From Phoronis australis (Eukaryota > Animalia > Phoronida): a stretch of 64,000 nucleotides of DNA. Both the position numbers and the translations under genes were made by a program. Of this stretch, positions 13,601 through 27,200 are shown piece by piece. The DNA is taken from NCBI GenBank assembly GCA_002633005.1, contig NMRA01000380.1, forward strand, positions 124,001 through 188,000, read 5' to 3'. Positions within the stretch are counted from its first letter, which is position 1; every line of letters begins with the position of its first letter. Below the pieces are notes generated by a model. That model was not told the origin of the DNA. It made no database searches and saw only the letters and a list, made by a program, of their open reading frames with translations.

Positions 13601-15233
13601 TCACATAGTGATAACAATGAATCATTTTTGGTAAGCCATATCGAAGTTTACATCAATAACAATCTTAGATTTACCTTTTCTTTTTCTGTTTTTCGACACT
13701 TTTTAATGCAAATGGTAATCCAAGGAAGACACGTATCTGAGAACGTGCTGTCAAAGTAGTTGGCATAGGTGTACACTAGATGTTTTTTTCGAGAAATTTT
13801 GGCTTTTGTTTCTTTTTTACTATAACCAACAAATCAAAAATCCGTTTACGAATAGTCAAGAGTCAAGATTTTTTGGTCTTTGGCGTTTATCAAATTGTTT
13901 TGTCTTTAGCCCAAATGAGCACATTAGCAGTTTAAGTTGGTTTACTTTGAGTAAACCCCTTTTTCGACTTTCAGCCTTGACATGTTTTCTAGATACTGTC
14001 CAAGCCACTCGTAAACAGAAAAAGCCAGTAGATTTTTCGAGAAACAGTTTCCTGGCCTAGAAACCAGGTCAAATTTTGGCGGCGGAGTAAGAGACTAAAC
14101 GGGTGCCTTCAGCAACGCAAACAAAACTCTCAAGAAACTTGCAGATGTTTTTTTTTTACTTACGAGACGGAAATAGTGAATTTGCTTACAGCTACCTCCA
14201 ACGATTTAAAACTCTATTCTCACTTTCAAATCATTTCAAAGGTAGTCAATTTCCTAGCATACTCTAGTAAGGTCCCACATTTTGCGTGATCTCCCCGAAC
14301 TCACCATCCCACTGGACGCACTTCCGTCCAGTGCAACAGTGGATTGGTGTACGTAATCTGCACTAATGGCAATTTTTCTTATAGAAAATTGGCAAATGCA
14401 TATCCAAGTCTTACCCTTTTCCGTCTCAACTCCTGCAAGTAACTTCTAAGGTCTCCCAATGGACAGTAGTCCATGATGATACAAATATTAGGTGGCTTAG
14501 TACAGCAACCAAGCATAGAGACGATGAATGGATGGCGACCAAGCTGTTTCATTAAGTTAATCTCGCGAAGCATATTCTGTTGGTCTTCAGCTGTGGAAAG
14601 GTCTGAAATTTCATAACACCAGCTAAACTCATTGTTTAAAATAACGCTAAGAAATATCTGGTGTTGAAGGTCATTGATGCAGAATGGAAACCCTAGGTAC
14701 CGAATGCCTCGAAGTGGCTACTGACGTAGTGGTGGACCGACATGTCTTAACTGTTATCAAGTACGGATTAGAATAAGAACTACAGATGTTAGACGTGCCA
14801 AGCGCAGCATCGTCAATAGGACACACGAACGTAAATACAAACCAAAGTCCAAAGGCCTACAGAATTAACTCAAGAATTCTAGAAGGGTTTGAATGTCTCC
14901 TGGCAGCAACACGAGTAAAATGTACGTGAAACTGCTTGAGACTAGCGAGCATGGGATGATAGGAGAAACAGTGAAAAGGGACATGTCCACTCTTACATCA
15001 CNNNNNNNNNNNNNNNNNNNNNNNNNNNNNNNNNNNNNNNNNNNNNNNNNNNNNNNNNNNNNNNNNNNNNNNNNNNNNNNNNNNNNNNNNNNNNNNNNNN
15101 NNNNNNNNNNNNNNNNNNNNNNNNNNNNNNNNNNNNNNNNNNNNNNNNNNNNNNNNNNNNNNNNNNNNNNNNNNNNNNNNNNNNNNNNNNNNNNNNNNNN
15201 NNNNNNNNNNNNNNNNNNNNNNNNNNNNNNNNN

Positions 15234-15283
<50 letters not shown>

Positions 15284-18200
15284 GGGGCTGGTCTACTCTT
15301 GAGAGACATCATGTTTTCAACGTCTCACCTTTAAGCATTTTAACGGCGACTGTGGTATTCTTGGTTAGACTCCTGTATGCAGTCTGCAACGCCTTGGGTA
15401 GCTTCAAATCAGCCTTAACAACTTTCCCAAAAGCCCCTTCTCCTATAACGCCATCCATCTTCAACCAGTCGAAGACAATTTCAGAATTGTCCTTTACCCA
15501 CTCCGAAGGTTCCACAAACGTCGTCTCTGCAGTTCTAGAGCTTGCAGACGTGTAGAAGTTGTCAGTCTCATAAATGGCGTTCTCAACAAAAGGGAATCGC
15601 TGAAACAAATACATGTAGCGTTTAAGGAAGAGTCATTAGAACTGTAAAGGGCTGCTGAGGGAAATATGTGATTAAACTCTTTGTGAACAGTGACAGTGAA
15701 AACGCAATGCGTATTCTTACTAGATACTTGAGGAGTGGACGCTACTGAAAACTTAGCCACTAATCGGTGAAGAGCTGGTAGTAAACATTCTGGCTCGCGT
15801 GGGAGCAAATAGACGGTGCACTGTTCTTGTTGTTGTTTTTTCTGTTTTTTTTTTCCTTTTTGACAAACGAATAAGTAGAGACAAGCAGGTTGTCTTTAGC
15901 ATTTATAAATCTATCGGCGGAGATAAATGAGTGCGTAGGTAGAGTTACTTGCCACTTGCTGCAGTATATATGAGTTCGTTAGTACAGAATGCTTCCGTAG
16001 TCACTTCGCTCTTGTTTGTAGACGTATAAAATAAGACATTCACTGTGCCCACCATAACATCACATGAAGAAACAGCCGAATCTAAGACTAAACGACCATG
16101 ACTAAGCTCAAAAAGCATGAAATAGTCCGTGGAAAAGGCTGATCAAACAAATAATAACGGGGGATTCAAGAAAGCCGTAAATGAAAATCACCAGGGCCCG
16201 GTTGCATAAAAGTTATACGCCGTATAGCAACAATGACGTCGCATTATCACGCGCCACGTTGTTATTGTTGAACAATGCACTTGACGTCACGCAACAATTA
16301 AACTTATCCAGCGGATAACTTTTGAAGCTTAATGCAACTCAACCCTGATGACTCTGGTTAAATCAGTGCCCAATCAGAAGAAATTCTGCATTCGAGTTAT
16401 CGCGGCGGCAATCTTATTCCATCCACACCCTCATGATGGTGATTTCCTTTCTACTCTCAGACCACTCGGGTTGCTTTTTGTAGAATCAGGCAAGACACTC
16501 GCGAGAAAGCCTAGTGTGATGACGCGCTTCACCAGCCTCGTCGCCAAGCCTCAAGATGGCTCTGATCGGTTTAGCCATTTGAAGCTTGGTTATGGGAAAT
16601 GAAATGAGTCAGAATTCTGACACACTTTTACGGAAATCGCAGAATATCAAGAGTAATGAAAAGTTGTACTAACTTTGAAATTTTCTGTAGTATCAGTGGC
16701 GGATTTTGAGGGGGCCAAGGGGGCCATGCCCCCCCTTCTAAAATTCCTTCCCTGCTCCCCCCCGCCCACTCAAAATCCTGGATCCGCGCCTGAGTATGAA
16801 ATAAAAATGAAAATTAACGGTATATTGCAGCAACTTAGGGCTAAATTATTGCAAAAACGATGTATTTAATTCGAACACAGATAAGTTTCGATGATACTAT
16901 TAATAAAAATAATAATTGAAAATCAGTACGCCAACTTCTTCATTTCAAGAAATAATCAAAGCAATGCCTTCTGCTTCAAGAATGACAGCAACAACACCTG
17001 TGAAAATAACAAATTTTTGCCTTTGTTTTAATGAAGCATTTTGCATAACCAAGCCTCAAATGGCTAAACCAATCAGCGCCATCTTGAGGCCTGGGGACGA
17101 GGCGGGCGCTTCGCTTGTAATACAGGCGACGTCTCGCGTGTCCTTGTGTTTTGCGAGATTCTTGCGTCGACGGGGTGCAGCACAGATGTAAACAGATAAA
17201 CTACCCCAACCTAGCTAATTTAAGACGTACTGATGACACATTACAGGCGTTTTGCCATCGAATATCGAACTATCGTCAAAGGCGTGACTTACCGGAGAAT
17301 TCGGTGTACGTCTTGGCAACCATTTTAGCTTGGACGAACGGGCGACGCGGACAAGCACAAATAGGAGGGTGGCAAACACCACTGCCAGAATGGGGGTAAG
17401 AATGAACGGAAGAGCGTCAACTGTCCTCACACTGTTTGGAACTACTAGTGAATGGGAAAAGCAGTACAAATTATACGTTTTAGAGATTTCGATTTGACTG
17501 AAGCTAGTGTCAAGCCTGCTCCAGTATCTGCATGGTGCTTAACCTAAATTTGCCAAATAAGTCAGGCCGTGAGGTTTTGAAACTCATTACCGGCCATTTT
17601 CACACTTGACTTGCAGCTGTCCATGGGAGGTCAAGTGATCACATGCGCGCAGCCCCCCCCCCGCCCATTTGGCGAAGTGGGCAAAATCGTACACCTCAGA
17701 GAAACAAAAAGTCCAAGATGATTCGGGTCATTCGGTGTACATGTACATGTACGATTAGCCGCAATCCCTATCGGGAAACGTCGGTGCCGAAAGGCTTATA
17801 GTGTGCTTTTAATGCTGCTACAAATCTGAGCATAGAACAGACGACTCCATCACCTTCACACAATCAAAAAGTCAGAAAATGGCTGAGCTGTGACGTAGTT
17901 ATAGCATGGCAAACAAAAGAGAGTTCACTGCTCCGACCAACCGACGCCATGAGGCGAATAAATTCTTACAAGTATTGCCCCCTTTATCTGACTACTGACA
18001 TAGGGAATGTCGAATTAGGCATTTTACTTTAATAAGATCAGTCACGTGATGGAATTTTATTTCCGTTGCCAGCAAGAACATAAAAACCATCTGCGACTAA
18101 AGAAAACATTCCAGGGCTTATTGGGGTTTGCCCACCCCAAAATTGCGAATTCGAAAATGGGGCAGCAGTTGGTAACGGACATAAAATCCTATCACAGTAA

Positions 18201-21200
18201 TGAACGTTAGGGGGGGTTATAAGAGTAAAATGCCCGCTTTGATTTCGCGAAATACAGATTTAAAATAACCGCACACTGAGCCTTATTTATAATGCTGAAT
18301 GTCGCAGTTAAAATGAAACGTGTACCTGTCAACTGGGATGAGCCTTTAGAGTCCGACTGTTGAGTACTTAGAGTATTTTCGGGTATTCTGTCAGCAGGAA
18401 CGTATAGATATTCTTTCGAACTCATCTTACCGCTGTTAGATACAGCTGCGAGGTCTAGCTCGTATTCACCCCCTGTTGCCTTTAAGCCGCTCATGACAAA
18501 CCAGGTCTGGTACTTATTTAAACGAAAAGAACAAGTTATTCGTGTGAAGTAGTGTTGATTACAATGTTCCTAAAAGAGGCATCTCGCCCTGTTAATCAGG
18601 CTGAGAACGAAAATCAAACTACATCTATTACTGTAATAAAATCGTTCTCATAATATTCAATATTATGATCGGATTCTATTTCATTTACCAACTCAAGTCG
18701 ATCACTGAAGCACTGCGTGCAAGTGTCAATACAACTTTAGTGTTGGTCAACTCCAATGAATTCAGCAGAGTTTTCTTGAGTCGCTCGTAGTTTTGTTTTC
18801 TTGTTGGCAACAGAAATAGAATCCACGATAGAAACTATAACAACACCGATTTTATGAGAGTAAAAGATTCAATTCAGTTTTCGTTTTTTAGCCAGCTACT
18901 GAAAGCGAATACAGTTTAACCGTGTACAGGCGGTGACGTTTTGTACAACGGATGCCATTGTAAAGGATTGGGCACAACTGTACATGTAAGTAAACTGGCC
19001 AGTTCTTGAAGACACAATTTCTTCAAAGATGAACCTCGCAGATACCTATTGAATGAATATTCGCGCACATTGTACCTACATCTACCAACAATGACAAGCA
19101 AGAATGCTTCGCTTCGTTTCAAACACGTGTACGAAAAAGGTTGGCCTTTTTTCTCACAGGTCTATCTATAGCTATCTGCGTATTGAAATCTATAGGAAAA
19201 TTCAAGAGTCTCAACTTCATATAACTGCTTGTCTAACCTTGTCCATGGATATTGTACCGTGTCCATTATCAGAGGGCGTTTCGCCGAGTTTCAACCAACC
19301 GAGTATGTAATGCGATATTGTGTTCTCTTCGGAGAAGAATTCTGGTTCTCGCCAGGTTATGTTTACGCTGAAATTCTCGCCGTTTGTCCATTTGTCGGTA
19401 ACTGTGAAGTTCCGAGGCGGATCAGGGGCTGGAAAAATAGTGAGTGGATTTGGTACAACGCTGCTACTTTTGAAAAAGCAATGTTCAATATAACTTTACC
19501 TCACAAGTTACCAAAAGTTTTCATAGCCACATTTTGAAATACTCCGCCATTTTGCGGTCTTTACCCGATTGCATGCGAATGGCGGAGTTCACTTGCATTT
19601 CAGCTGCCAATAACACGAATACCACAGCCCGATTCAAACACGCGTTTTCGCAACCACCGCAATTACATCGCCTTGCTATTAAAAAAGTTGCCTTTTCCAA
19701 AAAATGCTGAAATATCAAGTAAACTCTCCGCATCCACTCGTAGGCACTGACAAACCAACGCGGCACTGGTGGTTCAAAATACTACATGTACATCACACGT
19801 AATGGCTAGAAAGAAGTCAGCTGCTAACTACCTGCCTAACTTTACCTACGTATCAGTAATCTATGAGGGTCGATCTTTGGGTGATCTAATCTCGAAAGCA
19901 AGTCTCATTTCGCTTTTGAAAATGGCCTCTCTGTCAATTTAAAGACAAAAGCAGATTCACGCTTTAACCTATGTCTTTGGAAATACTGTAAACAAATGTA
20001 TTTGACTAATACCACATGATGTGTAGTTGTGACCAGTTGTCTGTAGGCAAGTTGGCGTGGTGAACCTAAAGGATGTGGTGTTGCTGTTTCTTTTCAGGGC
20101 TTTGTTCGTTGCCATTATTTTCACATCATACGTGCGGTCAAGTTCAAGACCAGGAATTAATAAGCGAGGTAGGAATTCCTGAAACGAAGGCGATGACAAA
20201 ATAGTTATCATTCGTAGGCCCGCAGGACGGTCAAACTCATTTGGGGCGCATCTATATATAATTCGGCAAAGTTTGTTCTCCCTTTCAAATTCGTCATCTG
20301 TTTTCCGNCCCCCCCCCCCCATATCCATTCTAGTGACAGTACGTCTCTAAAGATAGACATTTCACACTACGGATGTCTCCCATGACGACGCAGACAACAG
20401 CCCCATCCCTGGTTTGAAGAACATCGCATAAAGCTTACGGGGTGTAGTATGTGAAAGTTAAGTGTCATTCGGATCAACCACCTGATATGATGTTCCAAAT
20501 AAGCAAAATTTGGGCATTTGTAACTAGAGAGTTCGTTTTGACGTGTGTTTTTACTGCACGATAAGCGTTGCAAGCGAAATGATACTGTACTGCAAACTCG
20601 CCACTGAGCAGAGATCACCCGAGAATTTGCATAAGCTTAATATACAGTAGGTAATTAAAACGGATTTAATATAGATAACTACTTTGTGAGAAGACGTTCA
20701 AGCACGATCAATGAAATTACAGTGTGCCAACACGCACGTGTCAATTCTTAAACGAGCTGTTGTTCGGAAGAGACCTCTCTAACGAAGTGACAATGGACAT
20801 TATTTTCATTAATTGTTAGCGTAATTCGCAATAACTTATTTAGTGACGCGACCGGGTGACTGTTGATTTCGGATAAGATTGGAATTTACAGCTTAAAGTA
20901 TTCTTAACAGTCCAGTCCAGTATGTTCGACTGACCCGCATATGCTGGATTAACTGGCAATAGTCATGTTTACATAATGAGTTTCCATGAAACAACTTGAC
21001 CAAAGAGCAACTTAGCCATCCAATCCGAACAGCATGTTACAAATATGGCGCAAGCATGACTCGGTACCCGTATGTATGAATACAGCAAGCGCAGATGGTA
21101 ATTACCTCCGCCGCCTAGTCTGTACGTCTCGCTGGTTCCCTGCGTGCCGAGTCTGCACGCAAGTAGAAGGCAGTAACACGCTCTTTATCATTGCTTGATG

Positions 21201-24200
21201 TAACCTCTGCAGACATTGGTTAGCTGTACAACAAAGTAAGAAAATGGCGGACTACAAACCATTTTTAGCCGTGCCAAGTGTCGTAGCAGCAACTATTTCG
21301 TTTCTGCAGTAATGTTTAATAGCCACGTGCTTGAAGCACACGCATGTACAATAAACACGCCGTCATCTGATCGGTTTAACTAGTGTGTTATTCCTAGTGT
21401 GTTGGATACAGGACAGCAACGTAAACAAAAGTCACCGTCAGTCTTGCCAATTTGTTTGCGTAAAGTACTGCCTGTTGAGAAATCGACCAGCCAATCAGGA
21501 ACGCCGTTGTAAAAAAATTTTCCGAGGAAAATTACGTGATATTTGTGTGGTGGCTACCACCTAGCGGCACGCAGGGAACAAGCGAGGTCTGTACGTTTGC
21601 GTCAACAGTAATAATCGTGGTGAGGCAAGTTACCCTTAAGCAAGTAACCCTACCTTGATAAGGTGGGGTAAATTCTCACACCTGTATTAAATTGCCACAG
21701 CGCAAATGTCGTCCATTGTCCAAGCTACAACTCGTTCCATGAACATCTTGTTCAGGGGTAACCAGTTGCAGGGAATTGCAAAACCTCACTCACCTCGTAA
21801 TGGGATACCCGATCTGTATCCATGACGCTGACTTGAAACGAACACGGTCCATCTTAAAAGTAAAAGGTGGCCTTTGTTTTCGACGATGAATTAACAATCC
21901 CATACATGTCTTTATTGGAAATGATAAGGTGGAGTATTTTGTTGGGAGTTGGGAATGGTGAATTGCAAAGTAAAAGGGGAATTTTTCAAAACTATACGCC
22001 ATTCAGTGTTTCTCTGCCATTGCCGTATTTCTAAAGAGGTTGACTTTTGAAAAGTTGTGGGTGAAAATATTTGTTTTCAAATTTTTTATAACCTACTCGC
22101 CGGTAGAACGGTCCCTACAATAATGCGTAGCTTCTTATTTGGCTAAGTAGAACGCGCCAAGTCACTAGCAAGTAGTGCTGTAGTGGGGCGTAGGCGCACG
22201 TAGGCGCAGCCAACCACCTTTTGGTAGCGCCTACCCACCGTAAGTTATGTTCAGTGCTCAAGGTGATGCGATGGGCTCTGGGCGCCTACTTATCTCTAAT
22301 TTTACCACTACAGCACTGCTAGTAAGAGAGATATTATGTGAATTAAGGAGGCCGCAACTCGTGTTTTACATTCAAAAGGTGGTGTTTTTGGAAGTTCATA
22401 CATAGTTCGAAGGGAATAACTACCTCGAGAGCGTCATTGGTCATTTGAAGTGGTAGGACATACATGTAAGTGGGCAGCTTCTCTTTTATGTAAGTGTGTC
22501 TCATCAATGGGGAATTTGACGATTTTCTTTAAATGATTCATACACGGGTCTAAAGGAATAGCTGTCTTGGAGCGAAATTCAGTTTTGTATATGGTAGTAC
22601 AATGCAGTCGGCCTGGTACATGTTATTCCAGGCGTGCACAGGCCGATCGGTTGGGCATATTGTACTAATGGCCGGGGACCATTTTTGTCTTTTATAAATA
22701 TATAGGAAAAACCGAGCTCAGGAGCTGGAGATCTGCCTCAAGGGTCAGGCAGTGTACCCCAGTGGGACTCGAACCCACGACCTTGAGCAAAGGAAGCGAC
22801 AATTATCTCACTAGGCCACACTGCCTCCTGATATTATAGTAAGGGTACATGTATTTATCGTTGTTGCCTTTAACGCTATGCACTCTATCTGGCTGACTTG
22901 ATGCCTGCGGAACTTAACCTGTGGCACGTAAACCATCTTGACTGACTCTAACAACAACCAAGGTACTGTTTGCCAGCATCTTGATTTAACGTCTAGCTAT
23001 TGCTTAGACAAGAATAAGTCTCAGATCAACTGCAGCTCGGCTTCTTTATCCAGATGTAAGCTGACTGCGTCCTATTCGAACTTAGTTTTGATCACTACTG
23101 TAGTGTATTTAAGCAAAAGTCAGGGAATTTTTGCACCAAGGACATCATGCCCGCCGATACAGGACAATATAAAATAACTGGAATGCGCTTTTACCAGGAG
23201 GAACTTCCCAACCAATCACTGTCTCTACTCTGAGTGACGTCACCAGTTGAGATAACACATGTACGTTGCTTGGAGGCGGAAGTGAGTCAACTGAAACAAA
23301 ATACAGTGTAGAGGAAAATATATTAGTATACTGTATAAGACGCGAAACTTTCCTAATTCAACTGAGCATTATTTCCTATTCCTGTCATGCCATGCCTATT
23401 TCAACATATTGTTAATACGGCTTCAGTTAACTTGGTTTTGTCATTCACCACAAATAAATCTGTCGTTACAGAAAATATTTATTTCAAGACAATGACAATT
23501 CATCAGCTGGTGCTACTTAGGTATGTGTAGGAAATGAAAGAAATTTTTACTTCTGGTTAATATTGTCCATTCGGAAGCGTTCGACTCGGCCACAACGCCA
23601 TCTTGTGAAATGACTGTGACTCCAAATTGCATAGACATTCCGTATCTAGACTTGAATGTAACGATTGGCTGAAATCTCTGAAACAGAATTGTGAACAACT
23701 TTCAGGTAAAGTGCGATTACAAATTAACCCGCATCTCGTTACACTCTTTAGCTAGACATCTCACTTCACTCTTTAGCTAGACATCTCAATTCACTCTTTA
23801 GCTAGACATCTCAATTCACTCTTTAGCTAGACATCTCAATTCACTCTTTAGCTAGACATCTCAATTCACTCTTTAGCTAGACATCTCACTTCACNTCTTT
23901 AGCTAGACATCTCACTTCACTCTTTAGCTAGTCTACTTCTTTGAAAGTACCTTCTCTACACACAAGGATTCCGCAAAAATACAAAATCAAATAAGCCTCT
24001 GCGAGATATCGCTATGCATTACAATTGAAGCATATGATCACACAACTTTTAAGTTAAAACTTTTGTCTCTAGTGCCGGTCTTGGGTCAACGGCAAGCAGA
24101 CCATGGTACAGTTCAATAATGGTATAGGACCTCGCCAGGACCAAGCAAGAATTCTCGAGATATTGCAATGTATTTTAAATAAGAACACGTGGTTTTGGCT

Positions 24201-27200
24201 AGATTTTTTGAGCAGCGAGACAGCTACTGAACTCTACCCAGGATTGTGCTGTTATATTCACAACCACTCGTTTCGAATATATGTAGTGAAAAATCGTGTA
24301 TGTGGTAAAAAATCAAGTGCCTTCATAAACTTCGGCGGTTTTGTCGGGTCAAGTAGCTAGGACATCTGACTGGTCTGTAAGCCGAACGTCGTCAGCAAGA
24401 AGAAATCGTATGTCTCCGCCGACTGACACGGCCGTGAGTCAATCAAGTATACCCCATTTTCCTAGTTGAGCTCTGAGCAGCTATCCCAGGACAATTGAAA
24501 TACATCATTTGCCATTTAACTACGATTCTGAATTACGACCTTAAACTTTTGTCATTATGTGGCGAGCTGTATGCTACGGAGAACCTCGGTGATTGGACCC
24601 TCTGTCACATCAAAAATTCTCTAGACTAACTTCCTGGAGAAACTAAACTGGTTTAATTTGGAGAATAACACAGAAACCGATTTTTGTTGTGGTATAGGTA
24701 TCCTGTTAACTTGAGTTCTCTGGGAAAGAGGAAACTGTCTATTATTAATCAAGAGATGGCCTCAACCAGCCCACAGACAGGGTGTACTAGAAGTGATACT
24801 CGTAGTTTCTGACATTTCCAAATTATTATTAGGTTTGGATGATGACAGATTAAAGCTTGATTTACTGCCGAAGCTCTTGCTAATTTACAGGGTCTGAACT
24901 CAGTTTACTAGATCAGTCAATTGTCTTTCTGCATGCGTGACTGTGTCATTTGCAGGCGTTTTCTTTGTTAACAATAACTACAAATTATATTTTGCGTGGT
25001 GATGATATTGTTCTCATGGTTCAAAAGGACACACGGAATAATGACTGGTATTGAGCTAAGCAGACTAGTCGGTCATTTACCTTAGTGAAATCGGTGTCTA
25101 CTAATTAATTTTAATCTTCAAGAAGAGTGTCGCCAAAATTGCTTGCTTGACTCTTTTTTTATTTGGGGGAAATTGCAGACTTGTTCAATTGTGTGAAGAC
25201 ATGACTATTGCTCTCACAGTAGCAGAATTGAAGCAAGAACACGTCATTCAGTTGTTGATAGGACAGGCTTTCTGTCAAAAAATAGTTCAATGCCTTGTTG
25301 TGCATTTAGAATGTATTCGTATGAAACACAGACTTGGAAGAACTAGTGATTAAATAAATTGTTCTAATTAACTATTTCGTTTTCCAATTATGGCTCCTAC
25401 GTTGTATCTGAATACAATACATTATGGCTCCTACGCTGTATCTGAATACAATGCATTATGACTCCTACACGGTATCTGAATACAATGCATTATGACTCCT
25501 ACACGGTATCTGAATACAATGCATTATGACTCCTACACGGTATCTGAATACAATGCATTATGACTCTTACACGGTATCTGAATATAATACATTATGGTCC
25601 TACACTGTACACTGTATCTGAATACAATACAGTATGGCTCCTACGCTGTATCTCAATACAATGCATTATGGTCCTACACTGTATCTGAATATAATACATT
25701 AGTTGCCTGATGCGCTGCGCTTGATAAACATGTTTACGTTCAATATTCATATACACGGGTTCGTGTCCGGAAAACATGTTAAGACCAAAATTTTGTTTAA
25801 GTTAAGATGGGAATTCTGACTTAATTAAGACCGATGAAGAAAGTTCACAAAAGGCAGTTTCATGAACACAAAGTCGATATTCGATACTCGGTCTTAACTT
25901 AGACCAAAAATTGTCGGTATTTGCCGTGGAAGCCCATGCAAACTACGCTTTCAGTACCTGTTCCTAGTTCATAAAATCCCAATTGGGATTCACTCACAGC
26001 ATTTTGGATGCTATTGGGTCTCGTTTACTTGAGAAGGCACTGGTATGGATTTGTTCCTTAACAGCTATGTCTGTCGTAAATTTCAGTCAACTAGACCAGA
26101 CATCCAATCTATTCCGTTAAGCAGCCTAATTTTCTGCCTTAACGTAGATCGGTTTCCTTTTTAATTTTGTTTTTGAAGATCATGAAACCGAGCAAAGGCA
26201 GTTTGGTCTTAAGTTAGCTCGATTTCAGTCTAAAATAATACTTCAGCCGTTCTCTTCTTTTCACGTACTATTTTAAGCTATTTTACATGTACTGTACGTG
26301 CCACAAACAGCCGATGATAACGACAGCGCCTCGATCTCAATTAATTCTACCCCGGGGCCCAGGGAATTGGATGGAAACTAACTTTGGAAATCGGCTACTT
26401 GATAACAAAAACACAATGGATTTTGTCCTTTTACAGCTTTGTTCAAAACGAATAAAGTCAAAATGTCTTATCCATACAATAACAATCCATATAGCTCGTT
26501 TTCGGCCCTTAATTAATTGTTTTACACTACCTTTATTACACTCACCTGACTGCAGGTATAGCGACAATGAAAACAGGTTCAAAATAAAAAATTAATGCCG
26601 AAAATTTCTGAAAATCGGTCCACCCAAAAGTAAGCCTGTGAGCGCATTTTCGGTAACTGTTTGCATGTTTTGAAAATCTAACCGATTGTTCTGAAATAAT
26701 TATGCAATATGTTTTGGTGTGTAACATTTTGTTTATTTTGTCATGACATTATATTTTGAAATCGCGATTTCACTCAGATGACTATCATTTAACGAGATAT
26801 GGGGTATTTCTATCGGTAACTAATAGTATTAGCCCAGTATAAAGATTAAAGCCAGTTTTAATTGCACAGTTTCCAAAAATAGGCCCCCGTTTCCAAAAAT
26901 ACGCCTGGGCGTTTTAAAAGGTCGTTTTCGAATATCCGCTCATCGGCTTCTTTTCAGAAATTCACGGTACCTGAATTTTGTAGATCATTTCTCACTTGAG
27001 ATACTTGATATTTCCAAGTCCTTGAACGTTACTCACCGTGCCGAGATAAAACCAATCACCGGTTCTCCTGTGATTAACTCTAAACGCTGGCAGAAATACA
27101 ACTGGGATGTCTCGGCTGCATTGAGCATGCAGTCGAATAGAAATATCTGCTCGATTCATAGCCCGATTTACGCACAGCACTTCCGGCGTATCTACTGTAC

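Noticed and set aside
13100-13759. 219-aa plus-strand ORF
   Set aside because: No recognisable motifs; partly antisense to the transposon remnant.
14893-15555. Long ORFs across N-runs (also 55112-55522)
   Set aside because: Artefacts of assembly gaps and GA/CT microsatellites.
4563-15599. Naming the kinase Ret, FGFR or Tie
   Set aside because: No cadherin, Ig or EGF domains in the assembled ectodomain; orthology needs a phylogeny, so no symbol is given.
22755-22828. tRNA gene
   Set aside because: A and B boxes are present but the acceptor and anticodon stems do not pair; SINE head.
23741-25700. 25-bp and 34-bp arrays as CRISPR-like
   Set aside because: Head-to-tail units with no unique spacers, eukaryotic intron context, no cas genes.
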